A DNA stretch of 62,988 nt, counting the filler, from Octopus bimaculoides (lineage: Eukaryota), in NCBI RefSeq assembly GCF_001194135.2. It is 6 parts of 6 records of this genome, joined end to end, with 100 filler letters (N's around TTAATTAATTAA, not from the genome) between each part and the next. Parts side by side here need not be neighbours in the genome. Positions count along the whole stretch, not along the records: positions 31,283 to 52,622 come from NC_068984.1; 5 more parts are not named here. One strand, written 5' to 3'. The position numbers and the translations under genes are program-made. Under the pieces are notes generated by a model. It saw only the letters and a list, made by a program, of their open reading frames with translations. It was not told the DNA's origin and searched no databases. Shown in pieces: positions 40,401 to 52,164 of the stretch. Within the stretch, counting starts at the first letter, position 1, and every line of letters starts with the position of its first letter.

Positions 40401-41035
40401 GTTATCTCGTTGTGAAGAGTGTATCAGTGGTAACCCATCCAGGCACAGAATGAGACAATTGCATGGAGGAGGTGTTTGGACACTGATGGTCTGGCACAGC
40501 AGGCTGGACATCCAGCCTGAATATTTTGGCAGCAGTACATTTTGGCACTGGAGAAAAGCAAACACACATATGCATGTGCATACAGAAAATATACACATAC
40601 AGATAAAGAGAATGAGAAAGCCATAGACTGTATCTGCTGCTGAGACCCCAGACTGCCGATTTCCTCCACAAAATCAGCACAACTATGGCCTATTTGAGAA
40701 ATGAGCCCCACAAAGTGAAGTGGCTGTTGTAGCAAATGTTGCTGGCCATTCTCTGCAACAATGCCTTTGCAATTATGTCAATAAGGTGTAGCTAAATATG
40801 CCATTTGTTCTGGGTTGTACAAGCCATTAGTCCCTTCCTGCCCATTTGCTGTTTAATCCCCCACTTTTTTTTCTTTTGTTTCCTTGGTGAGGTAGTTATG
40901 GGTTTTTTTCTCAATTATTGGATCTTTTATACTTTTAATGTTTTTTTTTATCAATTAATAAAACAATTAACATAATTGAACACGACTAACATAAACACAT
41001 TCCTTCTTCTCATACTCATATGCTCACACACATAA

Positions 41036-41120
<85 letters not shown>

Positions 41121-42021
41121 AACAGAAACATCAAAACACCTCATATTAAATAAATTGTTGAATCAACAATTAGCGACGCCAAATGGCTGGTACCAAAATG
41201 TCTCATACCCTCCAGACACAAACCTGATCTACAGCTCATCTAATTTTCTTCCTAGTTAGATGTTATGATGTAACTGTTTCTGCTACTTACATAACTTCTT
41301 CCATCAGTGTGATATATCTGGTTACTTCTTTCTAGAGAATTTCCTTTGCCATCCAAAGCATTTGATGGCTCCACTGTTATGCGAGGCACTGAGAATGACC
41401 GTCTTCAGTACAATCTGATTGGCTGAGTGACAAACGTGTACTACATTAATGGATATTTTTAGTATCTTGGTGCCAATACCTATTAGTCTGACTACTTCGC
41501 CCACTTCCCATCATCATTCTTAATGGCCCTTTTTTTTTGTAACTGTCACTTTTAATAACTGACCCTTCAGTTCTACATAGTTTACATGGTGTAATCCCTC
41601 TCGCTCTCTCTCTCCCCCCCACCCCCCACACACAAACATATTTCCCCTCATTCAATAACCTCTACCAGCAGCATTCCCATGATTCCTCCAATGAGAAGAC
41701 ATGCATCACTATCATAACAAACACTTTGAACCAATTTGCCCTGATTTATTCAAATCCACTGGTTTTTCTAACAGGACTCAGCACACATCCCTGATCTTCA
41801 TGTTGCCAAACTGGTAAACTTCCTCTCTCATTGTTTTATATTCTTTCAAGTCGTTTTATAGCTCTATTTGGTGTACCATTCCTCTATCATGCCATCTTCC
41901 ATGTTGTCATATGATTGGACCCTTGTGCCATTCCCAAATCAGTGGCATGTCACCTTTTAAAAACTCCCAGTTGTCTTTTGTCCAAGATTCACAAATACAC
42001 ATGCACCATATACACAAAAAT

Positions 42022-42059
<38 letters not shown>

Positions 42060-42532
42060 TGGTTTTCTACAGTTTCTGTATATGAAATGCACTCACAAGG
42101 CATTGGTTGACTTGGGTCTATAGAAGACACTTGTTCAAGATGCCATACTATGGGACTCAACATAAAACCATGTGATTTTTGAAAGTGAACTTCTTAAGTT
42201 CTTAATCACTCAGTCATGCATGCATGTAATCAAGCTGCTTGAAAATGCACCAACAGTGCAATGGATGAAGGACGTTTCCTCTGCACTATCTGCAGACGTG
42301 TATAGCTGGGATCATTAGTCACCAATGGAGCCACAAGTGTAAAGTATGATTTGGTTTGAGTGCACAATGTTCTTAATGGTCAGTGATGGTCTTCCTTGCT
42401 CACAAGTGGACAGCTATCATGCATGCATGCATGTACATTTGTATGTATGTATGTATGTCTTCTATGAAAAATATTGCAATACAAATGTATTACTTTCCAG
42501 TAAAATAAAGCCCCATAAGGGTAGAAGTATAC

Positions 42533-43174
42533 ATATAAACACAGATGAGTGGTACAACAAGGCACCAATATTTACTGGAAAATAGCAATCGATACAAATA
42601 CAATGCTATTGTAAAGCTTCACTGTGTTTATACTGGCAAAGATGTGTGTGTGCAACAAACATGAAAAATTTGTCTTACCTCCAGGAAGAACATTCGATAA
42701 ATAGACAACCCAGAATTGGATAATGCAGGACCGGTTTCTAACTTCAAATACGTTTGACAACGTAAATTTGATCAGTCTTCATCAGCAGCATTTACCTAGA
42801 CAATATTTCATTGAAAACCTTTTCACTGTTCTTGTTCTGTTAACGGCTAGGCGTTCAGGCGAGTATACTGGCGTTGATGTGGCAATGAAATATTGAAATA
42901 TTGTCTAGGTAAATGCAGCTTATGAAGACTGATCAAATTTATGTTGTCAAACATATTTGAAGAGTCAGAAACCGGTCCTGCATTATCCGATTCTGGGTTG
43001 TCCATTTATCAAATGTTCTTCCTAGAGGTAAGACAAATTTTTCATGTTTGTTGCACACACACGTCTTTACCAGTATAAACACAGTGAAGCTTTACAACAG
43101 CGTCATATTTGTATTGATTGCTATTTTCCAGCAAATATTGGTGCCTTGTTGCACCACTCATCTGAATTTATATA
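42533..43174. repeat. Long fold-back element (about 280-bp inverted arms, about 80-bp spacer)
   Basis: 42533-42810 is the reverse complement of 42894-43174 with scattered mismatches. Confidence 0.92.
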
Positions 43175-43339
43175 TGTATATGTATGTTTGTATGTATGTA
43201 TGTCTGTATGAGGTCTACATACCAGATCTGAGGCTGGGGCAACTATCCCACCAAATGAAAGGAGAAATGGTGGTGGGATAGTAGCATGTAATGCTGCATA
43301 TAAGCAAAACACAGGCATTGCATGCAAAGGATTTGAAAG

Positions 43340-43615
43340 AAATGAAGTAAGTGTGCACCACTGGATATATAGTGTTGGTGTGCTTGAATGGCAGAGTACA
43401 AAGGAGCTGAGAAAAAGACTGGATGTAAGGGGAGTCAGATGTATTGTGTAAAAGAGAAGACTCTGTTGGTATGAGAGCATGGTGATGTGTATCAAAGGTA
43501 ACAGCTGTATAAAGATGTGTCAAGTGCTCAAAATGAATGGAACCAGTAGAAGATGGATACCTGGGAAAACTTGGAACAAAGTGATAAAGACTGATTTCGA
43601 GACGAGTCACAAAAA
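43340..43615 (+). mobile_element. Old RTE 3' ORF fragment
   Basis: Decayed ELRKRLDVRGVRCIV-KRRL-WY...WNKVIKTD; homologous to 57950-58200. Confidence 0.55.
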
Positions 43616-43727
43616 AGATGATAAAGTACTGTAACCATTGGTAACATGCAATACTTTAAAAGCCCTGCGCAAGCAGGCAAAACATATGAAAATAGTAGGC
43701 CCTCTCTTTCTCACTATCTTATTTCCT

Positions 43728-44192
43728 TTTTCTTTATTGCCCACAAGGGGCTAAACATAGAGGGGACAAACAAGGACAGACAAAGGGATTAAGTCGATTA
43801 CACTGATCCCAGTGCATAACTGGTACTTAATTTATCGACCCTGGAAGGATGAAAGGCAAAGTCGACCTCGGCGGAATTTGAACTCAGAACGTAGCAGCAG
43901 ATGAAATACCTCTAAGCATTTCACCTGGCATGCTAACGTTTCTGCCAGCTCGCTGCCTTAAAGTACTGTTATTATTCTTCTTTTCTACTCTAAGCACATG
44001 GCCCGAAATTTCGGGGGAGAGAACCAGTCGATTAGATCGACCACAGTACGTAACTGGTACTTAATGTATCAACCCCGAAAGGATGCAAGGCAAAGTCGAC
44101 CTCGGTGAGAATTGAACTCAGAACGCAGCAGCAGATGAAATACCGCTAAGCATTTCGCCCGGCATGCTAACGTTTCTGCCAGCTCGCGGCCT
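43728..44192 (-). mobile_element. Two tandem copies of tRNA-derived SINE family B
   Basis: Head ggcgagctggcagaaacgttagcatgcc...gagttcaaattcc occurs twice (43728-43958 and 43985-44192). Confidence 0.85.
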
Positions 44193-44751
44193 TCTATCTA
44201 TCTATCTCTCCCACCTCCCTCTGCTTCCTTGTCCTACTGGAATAGCTAAATATCTCCTCTGCAGTAAGACAGATATCCCTGTCTCTCTCTCCTGGCACAT
44301 AGTCACTTCTCTCAGTTCCTTTCCCCCTCACAGCTGAAACGCCCTTGCTGGTACTAGTGCTAATGTAAAACGCACCCATTCCAGTGCCACATAAGAAGCA
44401 CTTGTGCCGGTGTCACGTTACAAGCACCCACGTAAAGAGCACTCATGTCAGTGCCACGAAAGGAGCACCAGTGCTGGCACCACGTAAATGGTATCCATGC
44501 TAGCACCAAGTAGAGAGCACCTGTACCAGTGCCACTTATGAGGCACCTATGCCAGCGCTGCATAAAAAGCACCGGCGCCAACACCATGTAGCAAGCACTG
44601 CTGCAGGCACCACATAAAAAGCACCAATACTCTGTAAGTGGTTGGCATTAGGAAGGGCATTCACCCATAGAAACCATACCAAAACAGACAACTGGAGCCT
44701 GGTGCAGTCTTTTGGTCAGCTAGTTCCTGTCAAACCATCCAGCCCATACCA

Positions 44752-44782
<31 letters not shown>

Positions 44783-45151
44783 NNNNNNNNNNNNNNNNNN
44801 NNNNNNNNNNNNNNNNNNNNNNNNNNNNNNNNNNNNNNNNNNNNNNNNNNNNNNNNNNNNNNNNNNNNNNNNNNNNNNNNNNNNNNNNNNNNNNNNNNNN
44901 NNNNNNNNNNNNNNNNNNNNNNNNNNNNNNNNNNNNNNNNNAGTACGTACTAAGCCTTTATACATTTAATTCTCTATATTTAATACTCAATATTTCATAT
45001 ATTCAATAAGACATTCAATACTTCATTTCATTTTACCATTTATATTATATTATATATTCCATATTCTATATCCCACATTAATTTTATAAGAATATAAATA
45101 AAACATAAAAAACAGAGTTGGAACTCTTTTAAATAATATATATATATATAT

Positions 45152-45159
<8 letters not shown>

Positions 45160-45186
<27 letters not shown>

Positions 45187-45308
45187 TTAACGTCCGCTTT
45201 CCATGCTAGCATGGGTTGGACGATTGACTGAGGACTGGTGAAACCGGATGGCAACACCAGGCTCCAATCTAAATTTGGCAGAGTTTCTACAGCTGGATGC
45301 CCTTCCTA
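45160..45308 (-). mobile_element. RTE 3' tail copy (minus strand)
   Basis: Reverse complement of the consensus tail; (ATC)n on the plus strand. Confidence 0.85.
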
Positions 45309-45519
45309 TGTATATATCTATAATTGAGTGTTTCAACCACTGACTTCCTATTCAGTCTCCATCTCCTTCTTACATCAATCACTCTTTCCTAATCACTCTG
45401 CCGTCTTGCCTATGTAATGAGGGACAGTAGTGAATCTTTCTGGACTTATTCAATTACCCACCTTGCTACCACCTGCACCTCTCTCTCTCTCTCTCACTCT
45501 TTGCTATGGTTACACAATG

Positions 45520-45730
45520 GACCGCCTGACTTGCCCTCATGTCGGTGGCACGTAAAACCACCCACTACACTCTCGGAGTGGTTGGCGTTAGGAAGGGCAT
45601 CCAGCTGTAGAAACTCTGCCAGATCAGATTGGGGCCCGGTGCAGCCTTCTGGTTCGCCAGTCCTCAGTCAAATCGTCCAACCCATGCTAGCAGGAAAGTG
45701 GATGTTAAACGATGATGATGATGATGATGA
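45520..45730 (+). mobile_element. RTE 3' tail copy
   Basis: Consensus tail with (GAT)n. Confidence 0.8.
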
Positions 45731-46146
45731 GATTGCATCAGATTCATTAGTAGAGATGGCATCAGAACTGTTAGCATCCAACACATCCCACCAGCATCCT
45801 CCTGTACTGCTAGCCACCAATCCCTCTCCCCCAGGTTATACATTACTAACATTCAACACTTCCTTACCATCACCCAACCCTTCTTTATAATTAATTATCC
45901 ATCCCTTGCTCTCTCTCTCTCTCTCTCTCTCTCAACAGTAACCACCAACCTTCTCTACAACAAACCATCACCCATCATTCTCTATTACGAGTGACCATCT
46001 CTACATTCACCACCAGCTATTTTTCTTACCAGCAGCCACGTAGCTGCCCTCAATACCTTCAGCCAATACTCTCATTAGTCCTCCCATCACTGCTTCTATT
46101 ATTCACTTTTCCACTATCTTGGATGATTATATATATATATATATAT

Positions 46147-46716
46147 GAGGATAGCTAATGAATGAGGATAGCTGCATGAAAAAGTGCCACTCCCTGACAG
46201 TTGAGGGAACCCGTGGAAGAGGTAGGCCCAGGAAGACCTGGGCTGAGGTGGTGAGGCAAGACCTTCGAACATTGGGCCTAACCGAGGCGATGGCTATTGA
46301 CCGAGACCTTTGGAAATGTGCTGTGCATGAGAAGACCCAGCAAGCCAAGTGAGATCGTGCCAGGGCCCCTGGACTGGCTCTTGTGCGGGTGGCACATAAG
46401 ATGTACCATCCTGAGCGTGACCGTTGCCAGTACCGCCTGACTGGCGTCGTAGGGTTTTCGAGCGAGATCGTTGCCAGTGCCCCTGGACTGGCTCTTGTGC
46501 GGGTGCAACATAAAAGACACCATTTCGAGCGTGGCCGTTTTCATGCGGGTGACACGTAAAAGCACCCACTACACTCTCTGAGTGGTTGGCATTAGGAAGG
46601 GCATCCAGCTGTAGAAACTCTGCCAAATTAGATTGGAGCCTGGTGTTGCCATCCGGTTTCACCAGTCCTCAGTCAAATCGTCCAACCCATGCTAGCATGG
46701 AAAGCGGACGTTAAAC

Positions 46717-46748
<32 letters not shown>
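46147..46748 (+). mobile_element. 5'-truncated RTE LINE: ORF end plus long 3' UTR and (GAT)n tail
   Basis: VEGTRGRGRPRKTWAEVVRQDL...DRDLWK followed directly by the abundant stem-loop repeat ending ggacgttaaacgatgatgat. Confidence 0.88.
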
Positions 46749-46749
<1 letters not shown>

Positions 46750-46849
46750 ATATTTGTTGCTGTACTTGGGGATGGTCATATTGTCAGTTTAGCCAATAAA
46801 TATATAATATAAATAAATATATACATATTTGCAAAATAAATATATATAT

Positions 46850-47221
46850 TCTTTTATTTGTTTCAGTTATTTGACTGTGGCCATGCTGGAGCACCACCTT
46901 TAGTCGAGCAAATTGACCCCAGGACTTATTTTTTATAAGTCTAGTACTTATTCTATCATTCTTTTTTGCCTAACTGCTAAGTAACAGGGATGTAAACACA
47001 CCAACATCGGTTGTCAAGCGGTGTTGTGGGGAGAAACACACACACACACACACACACAGGACAGACTTCTTTCAGTTTCCATCTAACAAATCCACTCACA
47101 AGGCTTTGGTTGGCCCGAGGCTATAGTAGAAGACACTTGCCTAAGGTGCCATGCAGTGGACTGAACCCAGAACCATGTGGTTGGTAAGCAAACTACTTAC
47201 CACATAGCCATCCCTGTGCCT
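46850..47221 (-). mobile_element. SINE family A, full-length
   Basis: Complete head-to-tail match to the other copies. Confidence 0.85.
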
Positions 47222-47231
47222 AAATATATAT

Positions 47232-47421
47232 ATATCATCATCATCGTTTAATGTCCGCTTTCCATGCTAGCATGGGTTGGACGATTTGACTGAGGACTGG
47301 TGAAACCGGATGGCAATACCAGGCTCCAATCTAATTTGGCAGAGTTTCTACAGCTGGATGCCCTTCCTAATGCCAACCACTCAGAGAGTGGTTGGCGTTA
47401 GGAAGGGCATCCAGCTGTAGA
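47232..47421 (-). mobile_element. RTE 3' tail copy ending in a fold-back
   Basis: Minus-strand copy 47232-47385 whose last 36 bp are repeated inverted at 47386-47421. Confidence 0.85.
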
Positions 47422-47674
47422 TATATATATATATATATATATATTGCACATATATGTATGTGTGAGTGTGTGTTTGTGTCTCCTTGTCTTGACATCACAT
47501 GCTAAATATAAACAAACCTTATCAGTATACAAACAGTTCATTCCTTTGCAATATTCCATAAAAACATGGCCAGCCATGTGCAGTTTGAGATCAAAAGACT
47601 AAATGAAATATTATCATGCTTGGAAACAGGTGAGGATGGCAACAGAAAGAGGTTCCACATGTAGAGAATCTTCT

Positions 47675-47835
47675 TCTCGGAGTGGTTGGCGTTAGGAAGG
47701 GCATCCAGCTGTAGAAACTCTGTCAAGTCAGATTGGAGGCTGGTGTTGCCATCCGGTTTCACCGGTCCTCAGTCAAATCATCCAACCCATGCTAGCATGG
47801 AAAGCGGAAGCTAAACGATGATGATGATGATGATT
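47675..47835 (+). mobile_element. RTE 3' tail copy
   Basis: Consensus tail with (GAT)n. Confidence 0.8.
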
Positions 47836-48331
47836 AATGATCATGATGATGATAATATAGATATATAATTTACCCCCATTCATATTTTTAAATTCCTTCT
47901 ACTCCTCTATTTTTCTTCTCCGTCTTTCTTCTGATAAAGGACTAGTGTCTGAAACATCAAGACTCTTTCCCTTCTTTGTAAGTGTTAAACAACTTTTTGC
48001 GAAAACTTGTTCCCCCCTGTGTTATTTTTTTGTCATTTGCCTTCACATACACACACATACACAGTCATTTACACATTCCTTATAAATATAAAAATATACA
48101 TCACTCGCAATCATGTATGACTTGGTAGCAACATGCACCCCACCTTTACTAACTTTGGGCAGACACAAATACCTTCTCAAACTCTGCTTGACCAATTGGA
48201 AGATTTGAGATATACCATACCAGCTAGTGGAAGAGATGGGTTATGTCCCAACACTTAACTGGAACTTTATTTTCTCAGCTCAGGATTCTGATGTGATTTG
48301 AACTCAGAACATTTAGAGCCAGAAATAAATA

Positions 48332-48954
48332 CAAGGGTGGGCTGAAAAAGTTCATCTGAAGGATTGAAGCTAGAGTTGGGAAATCTTGCATGCATTAATT
48401 TCAACTCTTATTCTTATTAACTGCATTATTTAAGACGGTAATCGTTAGCACGCCAGACAAAGTGCTTAGCAGCATTCTATCTGTCTTTAAGTTCCAAGTT
48501 CAAATTCCATGAAGGTCAACAATTCCTTCTATCCTCCTTTTCAATCCAGAGCCTCGTTTTCATTCCAGAGCCTCGGAATGAAAACGAGGCTCTGGATTGA
48601 AAACGAATCCTTGGTTTCAATGGCTGCTGTGCATATCTGTGGCCTTGAACTGGTTGATCATCCTCCCTATTCTCCTGATTTGGCCCTATTTGGCTATCAT
48701 CTGTCCCCCAACATTAAAAAAAAAAACACTTGACTCGGAACCAGTATCACAGTGATTATGATGTCATATCTGGTGCTGATAACTTTTTTGACCAACAGGG
48801 TGAAAGCTTCTTCACCAATGGGATCCAAGCACTGCAACACCGATGGAAGAAGTGTGTGCACCACAAGGGGGACTATGTTAAAAAAATAAGCCTCATTTGG
48901 TCGCATTTCATGAGAGTATCTTGAGTGGCCCATGAACTTTAAAACCAACCCTCA
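48332..48954 (+). mobile_element. Internally deleted mariner element
   Basis: TA flanks (48330-31 and 48955-56); TIRs CAAGGGTGGGCTGAAAAAGTTCAT / TGAGGGTTGGTTTTAAAGTTCAT; HPPYSPDLA motif and GIQALQHRWKKCV C-terminus; a SINE fragment is inserted at about 48430-48537. Confidence 0.85.
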
Positions 48955-49302
48955 TACTGCAAAGTAATATTTTCTGTAACTATCAAATGATTTGGTCAAT
49001 TCACCAGACACAGACACACAGAGAGAAACATCTACCCACATACATACAACAAACTTGTATGCACACACGCGCACACACACACGCTGCTCAAAATCCTGCA
49101 CAGGTCTCAATCATCTCACACAAACAGGCTCAATAGTATTTCAGCAGCAGCAACAATAGCAATAAATCATAAATCAAAAAAGAGATTGTGAATGTGAATT
49201 AATAAAAACAATGAAAAGTGTTCATGACATACTGTTTGTCAAACATCCATCAAACATGCCAAATGCCAAACAGTTTTTGTAAAACAAAAACAGCATTCAA
49301 AC

Positions 49303-49470
49303 CTGTAACATGCAACTCCATACTGACACTCAGGCTTCTCTTGTTTGTTGGCATTTTTCCTCTCTTTCCTCTCCTGTTCCTCACCTCCAGTTTGAGAAAC
49401 ATCTTTCTCTGTCCCTTTCACATCTTCATCACAAGGATGTGAGAACTCCTTTAGATGGGAGGCATTCTTC
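49303..49470 (-). CDS. APLF: APLF-like exon: end of PBZ1 and start of PBZ2 (KNASHLKEFSHP...KPECQYGVACY-R)
   Basis: Acceptor ttctgactttcag, donor AG|GTTTGA; 168 bp, phase 2-2. Splicing completes C-x5-C-x6-H-x5-H (CQYGDKCFRKNASHLKEFSH). Confidence 0.88.
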
Positions 49471-49559
49471 CTGAAAGTCAGAACAGATAAATGGTTTGTT
49501 TGTTTAAGCTGGGGTAAGTTATTATAATTATGGACAAGTGTGTTTAGGAGGCAAAGTGA

Positions 49560-49653
49560 GTGAGAGATAGATAGATTAGATAGATAGATAGATAGATAGA
49601 GATAGATAGATAGATATAGATAGATAGATAGATAGATAGGTAGATAGATAGAT

Positions 49654-49722
<69 letters not shown>

Positions 49723-49886
49723 AAGATAGAGGGGGAGAGAGAGGAAATAGAGAAAGCTAGAAAGAGAATAATTGAAGTAGGAGAGAAAATAAAGAAACAA
49801 CAAAACAGAGAATGAAAGATAAAGAAAAGTGAGAGAGAAATAAGAGAAGTAGAGAAAGAGACTAAGAGGCACATTGAAAGAGAGAA

Positions 49887-49945
<59 letters not shown>

Positions 49946-49946
49946 A

Positions 49947-50025
<79 letters not shown>

Positions 50026-50030
50026 TAGAG
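49560..50030. repeat. (GATA)n/(GA)n purine microsatellite field in an APLF intron
   Basis: Direct reading. Confidence 0.95.
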
Positions 50031-50696
50031 AGCAGTGAATTAGGGAAAATTACTGAGATTAAGACAAGATCCAGTTACCTCATAGAAAAAGAAAAAGATA
50101 CATACACAAATAAATAAATAAATACATAGACACGCACAGTTTGGGAGTTGTGGAGTTGTGGGGAGCATGGAGTTATCTCTTAATTGCTATTACTCCCAGG
50201 TCCAATTTGAGCCAGAATGGTAGTGCGTACCAGGGCCCCATCTATGGGTTAAATGAATTTCTCAGGGATAGAGAGTGCTCCCATTATTTTCGACAAAGCT
50301 GTAGGGAACGCAGTCCTTCTCGGAGGAAGGTACTTTTGACATAAAACTTGCAGTCACAACAGTACCGGTCATCTTGCAATGCCTGCCACTGGAAGCTGCT
50401 ATGGTCACTGAGAGAGTGGCAAAAGTATTGTACAAGCTTTTGTCACTGAAATCCAATGATATACAAATGTCGCACTATTGTTTCATTTCTTGATCTGTTT
50501 TGTGGTTTATAAAATCTTATGGTGAGGGATGCATAGCATGAAAGGTCATATCCATACACATGTAAGGATGAAAGTAAATCAGAACAATCAAGCTGAATTC
50601 TGACCAGAGGAGGCAATCATGCATCCATGCTTGCACATATGTATATTTTTTGCCTTTGTGTTCTTAACCATTTCGTTACTGTATTTATTTTGAGAT

Positions 50697-51090
50697 GCTA
50701 GTGGCACATAAAAAGCACCATTCGAGTGTAGTCGATGCCAGTATCAGCTGACTGGTCCCATACCAGTGGCATGTAAAAAGCACCATTTGAGCATGGTTGT
50801 TGCCAGTGCCGCCCGACTGGTTCCCGTGCTGGTGGCACATGAAAAGCACCATTCAAGCTTGGTCGATGCCAGTACCACCTGACTGGCCCTCGTGCTGGTG
50901 ACACGTAAAAAGCACCCACTACACTCTCAGAGTGGTTGGTGTTAGGAAGGGCATCCAGCTGTAGAAATTTTGCCAAATCAGATTGGAGCTTGGTGCAGCC
51001 TTCTGGCTTGCCAGCCCTCAGTCAAACCGTCCAACTCATGCCAGCATGGAAAGCGGACGTTAAACAGCAGTGATGATAGTGATGATGATG
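50697..51090 (+). mobile_element. RTE 3'-UTR copy with about 5 sub-repeats
   Basis: Repeated gccagt..actgg / ggtggcac units followed by the consensus tail. Confidence 0.8.
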
Positions 51091-51556
51091 CTCTGTGATT
51101 CGTCCAATTAATTTTAAATATAACAAAGAATTTAGTAAAATAACTTAGTTATCACTGAGCTTGTGTTAGGAAAATAAATTGTGACTAAGGTTTGGTGGAA
51201 GATTTTAATTCAGAACTTATGAAAACAAGGTCATTTGGCAAAAGCTGAATACTCATACCTCATCTTCAACAGGAGAATCCATCATGTATGTATGCATGCA
51301 TGCATGTAGGCATACATGTATGTATGTAAATAGCACTGTTAAATGCAGTGCAGCACAACCAAATACTATGCACCGCTACCACCATAACGTTTCCCCCACT
51401 ACCATCATCATCAGAATATGCTCTCTTGTACTACCACCATCAACGTGTTTCCCAATCACCTACGCCACCATCACCGTCTCTACAACATGTTCACTACCAA
51501 TTATAGAACCATTTACAACAGAAGAGACAACAAAACCAGAGACAGCCCCTACATAC

Positions 51557-51876
51557 CTGAAACACTTGTCTCCATATTGACACGGAACTCTTTCTTTTTT
51601 CTCGGCTCCAGCTTTCTTGCTTGAATCCTCTTCCTCTTCTTCCTCCTCCACCTCCTCCTCTTCTCCTTCTTCCTCTTCCTCTTCTTCCTCTCCTTCCTCC
51701 TCCTCTTTTTGTGCACGAGCCGCAGCCCTTCTTCGACTCGGTCTAGGAATGTATGAGTCCAGCTCTTCGTCAGAATCTTCGTCACAGTTCCTTCGCCTTC
51801 GTCGTTTCCGTCCTACACTTTTTCCAGGGCCTCTTGGTTTCAGCGACAATTTCTTTGGACTGCCCCGACCTTTACC
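51557..51876 (-). CDS. APLF: APLF-like exon: basic/acidic region plus first half of PBZ1 (GKGRGSPKK...RKRRRRR...polyE...RVPCQYGDKCF-R)
   Basis: Acceptor tttgattttgtag (phase 0) and donor AG|GTATGT (phase 2); 320 bp open; C-x5-C start of a PBZ finger. Confidence 0.85.
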
Positions 51877-52164
51877 CTACAAAATCAAAAACAATAGAAT
51901 TATTATATAAGGACCACTGATGAGGTCACAGAAGTGTGACGAAAGAACTCTGGCTGAAATAGGATTAATGTAATGTAATGTAATATAAAGCTGAAGCAAA
52001 TTAACACCAAATATACAGTGCATGTGTTTTTATTGGCTAAACTGGCAATATGACCATCCCCAAATACAACAACAATACAATTATTTTCTTAACAAAAACA
52101 GAAAGGAATGGAGAAAGTATCAACAACCTTCTGGATTATTAGATGCTTATCAAACCAAAGAGAG

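Noticed and set aside
44340-44640. Regularly spaced ~20-45 bp repeats resembling a CRISPR array
   Set aside because: Degenerate tandem sub-repeats of the RTE UTR with no unique spacers; eukaryotic context, no cas genes.
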